64,000 nt of DNA from Fimbriosthenelais zetlandica (lineage: Eukaryota): NCBI GenBank assembly GCA_977030845.1, contig OZ365109.1:43276001-43340000 (forward strand), read 5' to 3'. The translations under genes were made by a program, and so were the position numbers. Of the stretch, positions 60,267 through 64,000 are shown one piece after another. Below the pieces are notes generated by a model. That model made no database searches. It saw only the letters and a program-made list of their open reading frames with translations, and was not told the DNA's origin. Position 1 is the stretch's first letter; each line of letters opens with the position of its first letter.

Positions 60267-63200
60267 CTGTAAAATATAAGATTATTTTTTAATGATAAAT
60301 ATTAATTATTTTTTGCTTTAAAGATGAAACGAGAGTTAATTTAATTCCAAGCTCTGCTAGAGCTGCCTTTTGTTCTTCATAGCCTATACATCCAGACAAA
60401 CTTCCAACCTGTGAGAAACAAGTGGTGCTGTTAGTGAAACCTATGCTGCCATCGATCGAGTGTTTAGTTTGGGCTGGCCTGATTGACGCGGGGGGAGTTT
60501 GTAAGGCTAATATCGTCCTGGATGTGATTGACATCCCGGGATCGTGATGGCACCCGCCAGACCAGCAAACCTATCACACACCCTAATCTGACCAGCCCTA
60601 CACGGTACCCCGGTACACCCACCCCCAACTACTACCCCCACCCCACTATCTATACCCAGATCCCCACAACTCCGCATATCTGAGCGTTTGTAAAGTTTGA
60701 ATAACAATTGTCGGTCTGGCCCTACACCCGCGAAATGATAGGTACATGTACCGTATGTGCATGAGAAGACCAGGGGCAGAATAATCAGACAAATGATACT
60801 AAAAACATCGATGATTACTTATCCTTTAAATTACAAACCAAACATACGATGCATAACAGAACTCGCTCCTATGTATTACAACAGTAAAAGATACCCAATT
60901 GATACTCGCAGCTAAATTAACATGCGATTTCACCTTCATCATCTCATCTCATACTCATATTTTCTTTTTCATCCTTACTTGGTCACAATAATTGTATTTT
61001 TTGTATGTTCTCTTACTTTACTTTTCTTGAATATTTTTCTAAAGTATTGAAGTTATTATACCTGTAAAGTCACCATCCCATAAAAATAGCTGGAGTTGTT
61101 GAAAACCTATGTACATAGAAGAACCCCAGAATAAAAATGAAACAAAAAAAAAATATCTGGCCCTACGGCTCGAAATAAACAGTATCGCAAAATGTGCGTT
61201 TTGCGATGCATAACAAACTAATGAAGAGCAAAATCGTGGATCATTTTTTTAATTAATAAGAAGATAAGACAACTGTGAATCAAATTGCTAAAAATTGCTC
61301 CCCAGAGACAATAAATGTCAAAATCGATCCACACTCAAAAAAATATCTCGAGCCTTGTCTGGCATATAGCAATAGAGATTGACTGAACAATTATACTGCT
61401 ACTTACTACCATCAGGAATAACTCCCACCATATCCAGCCATTCGTGCTTGATTATATGAAAACATCAACTCCCCTCAACTTCCACATTTAATTAACAAGG
61501 CTAAACACTGCCCTCCCCATAATAGAACATCTACTCTCACATCGATCCCTCTCAATGAGTCTGGATCATTCAGGCCTCATGCCTTGATCAGACAAATCAG
61601 TACCGCCCGCTTAACCCTTGCTCGTCAAATCACAGGCTTTAACCCTTCGATTACCATCCAGAAACATGCTATATTTAAGAAATATATACCAAGAATTATC
61701 TGAATACTGCAGGAAAATGCATTTTATTTATAAAAGATTTCTTGGTTTCTGTATGGATGATAGGGACTTTTAAATGATTTAGAGTGCAAGCGTTTGCGGG
61801 AGGGATCGGGAGTTGGGTTGATGGGGTGTTGAGTGGGGGATGGGGGAGGCAGATCTAGGATGGGATCAGAATGATCAAGCCACCTTAAGCCGGTGGATCA
61901 CAGGGTGGGATCATGTCCCGTGTTGGAGTTGGGACTGTGGGGGGTAGGAGGGGATTTGTGGGGGATTTACTCGATGAAATAATCGGCGGGGCTAACAGGA
62001 TGATTTTTTTTCTTCATGGGGCTGAGATTAAGCCTATTTTTATGTAATACTGAGGGGATTAGTGACAGCAAAAGGGGCAGTTTTCAATTCCGTATTGTTG
62101 GCTCCATGCTCGAGATATACAATGTATAGATCAATATTCTTATTCTGAGGTGCCATACATTAATTTTGATGGGGATCATGGATTATTTGGGTCTGGATTA
62201 GTCAGAGAATGAACCAGGATTTTGGAAAGGGGAGCGGGGAGGGGGTGTCAGCCCTAAGAGGTCGAAAAATCTGAGCGACAAAAAAGTCATCACTGGAAGG
62301 TAGGATCCACCCTTGTGTAATCTGTTACACTTCCATAGCCCGACTGTTGCCAATTTATGAATAAGAACATAAAATGTTCCCAACAGGTGCTTTCAATGTT
62401 GCCTGAACACACTTTATGGGAACGATCCACCCAGTTCAATTATCCCTCGATACGGTCTTGATGTGCTCTGGGCAGAAGCCTCTATAGATGCAAATAGTCC
62501 CAATCTGAAGCCACCGGCCTGCAGTGCGAAGAGATGGAAAAAAAGTGTTATGCGAGTAGTTCTATAGGAGGAATCACTTTGTCTAACAGGGCTTATAAAT
62601 AGTATCTTTATTTATTGCCCTCTGATTTGCCTTGATGGAAATGGGAAAGTGCCTATTCCAATGTAATATGACCTCCCAATTCCCGGTAAACCGATGGACC
62701 ACCTCCATCTTGATTCACAAGGCAGGGGGAATCAGACATTTGGGGCCGGGCGTTAAGGGCCCACCAGCCCCGGCCTAATAGGCCCATACCGATCAGTGTC
62801 AAGAGCGGGGCAGCTCAAAGTAGGAGTTTCATTCATACCGATGACCTGGGCAAGCGAGAAGGCCCGATATTGAAGCCACCGTGTTATCAATAGTAATGTA
62901 GGTCTTAACATTTAAGCATACTATGAACGATGAGTCGCTGGCCGGCCGCCCATGCAAGGCCCCACTGATTGGGAGCCTATATAGGGCCCTGGCCAGGGCA
63001 AATGTAGTGGGAAATCATCGGGGATATCATAAATTGATTTACGCCTGTCATCTGACACGGACTCATAAAGGTGATGTGGGATGGGGAATTGCTAAATACA
63101 GGTCTGGCATACAGGTCTTGTACAATGGTACACTATGGCTCCTTGGCTCAGGCCGCCTTCTCCATCTATTTTACTCCGCTGCCCGCCAGGGTATTCTTCT

Positions 63201-64000
63201 CTATGAGATACACCTTGAATGATAGGTATCAGAGGGACCATTACATTGCCTCATGCTTCCTAATATTTATACCATTACGAAATAGCCCATTTACATAAAA
63301 TTAACATGTTCCCATCAATCTATGAGAATTTCAAGATTTACCATGTTTTTTTTCACTATTTAAATGAGAATTTTAAGATTTTTTCGGGAGGGGGTGGGGG
63401 TATTCAGCAAATTGTATCTACATTGTATCCCCTTTTTTGTAATCGCAGCTCTAAAATTCCAAGATATCCAAAAGACTGATATAAGAAGGAAAATCGTGGA
63501 CCACAAACACGTCCCAGCCTATGCGTCCCTCGGGCGGGGGATGCCTATGATTGATTCTATTCCATTTTTCTTTGAAGAAAATGATAGAAATAGAAGGCGG
63601 TGGGGCGCGGACGTCAGAAATGACAGATAAGCCTTCAGCGGGTCATGAACGCAAGATGCACCCAAACTGGACCTTCACTGGCACTAATTTCATCCCCTAC
63701 AAGAGTCAACAAACCGCCTGGTCACTCAGCTTACCCTGGCATTCCCTTGATATGGTCCTGTCATTCACAGGCCTGACGAGACGTGGCCCATTTCTTCCTT
63801 TCTCTCACTCAACTTACCCCAGTGAGAGGTTATTCAAGTGTAAATATTCAAGGTATATTATGGTATGCAAATATCATGATTAGAACCTGATCATTATTCA
63901 TTACTCTCTCTCCCTCTCTTTCTATCTCTCCTCTCTGCCTGTCTGTGCACTGATGTCTCTCCTTTCCCTCTCTAACTCCTCAATCTACTCTATAATTTCC

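Noticed and set aside
60267-64000. UTP15 N-terminal exons
   Set aside because: I searched the minus strand for the expected YW and FSP..P...AVT peptides and found none, so they are presumed to lie outside the window.

Overview
AT-rich, intron-containing animal genomic DNA, probably from a marine invertebrate (inferred from the gene families and repeat style; the taxon cannot be fixed from sequence alone). Four protein-coding loci can be assembled by hand from GT/GC-AG splice sites. (1) The 5' end of a probable CFAP53/CCDC11 ciliary gene on the minus strand, running off the left edge. (2) A complete ATP8B-type P4-ATPase phospholipid flippase on the plus strand: CDS 8060-28455, 23 coding exons per isoform, about 1190 aa, apparently sharing a bidirectional promoter with CFAP53. 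(3) An antisense two-exon family-B/Methuselah-like 7TM receptor with a somatomedin-B domain, nested in a flippase intron (18673-21831). (4) The 3' 11 coding exons of UTP15 on the minus strand (39274-60266), with the start beyond the right edge. The most striking feature is that the flippase carries two separate pairs of duplicated, equal-length, phase-0 exons. One pair encodes the TM1-2 loop plus TM2 and the other encodes TM6, both helices of the lipid translocation groove. This implies up to four splice-selected flippases with potentially different lipid specificity. Other points: very large UTP15 introns with enhancer-like patches, divergent CTCF-like motifs at the UTP15 3' end, a foldback element of about 1.9 kb, several MITEs, tRNA-derived elements, and a strong excess of TAGGCCTA and TACATGTA palindromes. 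No prokaryotic features, CRISPR arrays or rRNA were seen.
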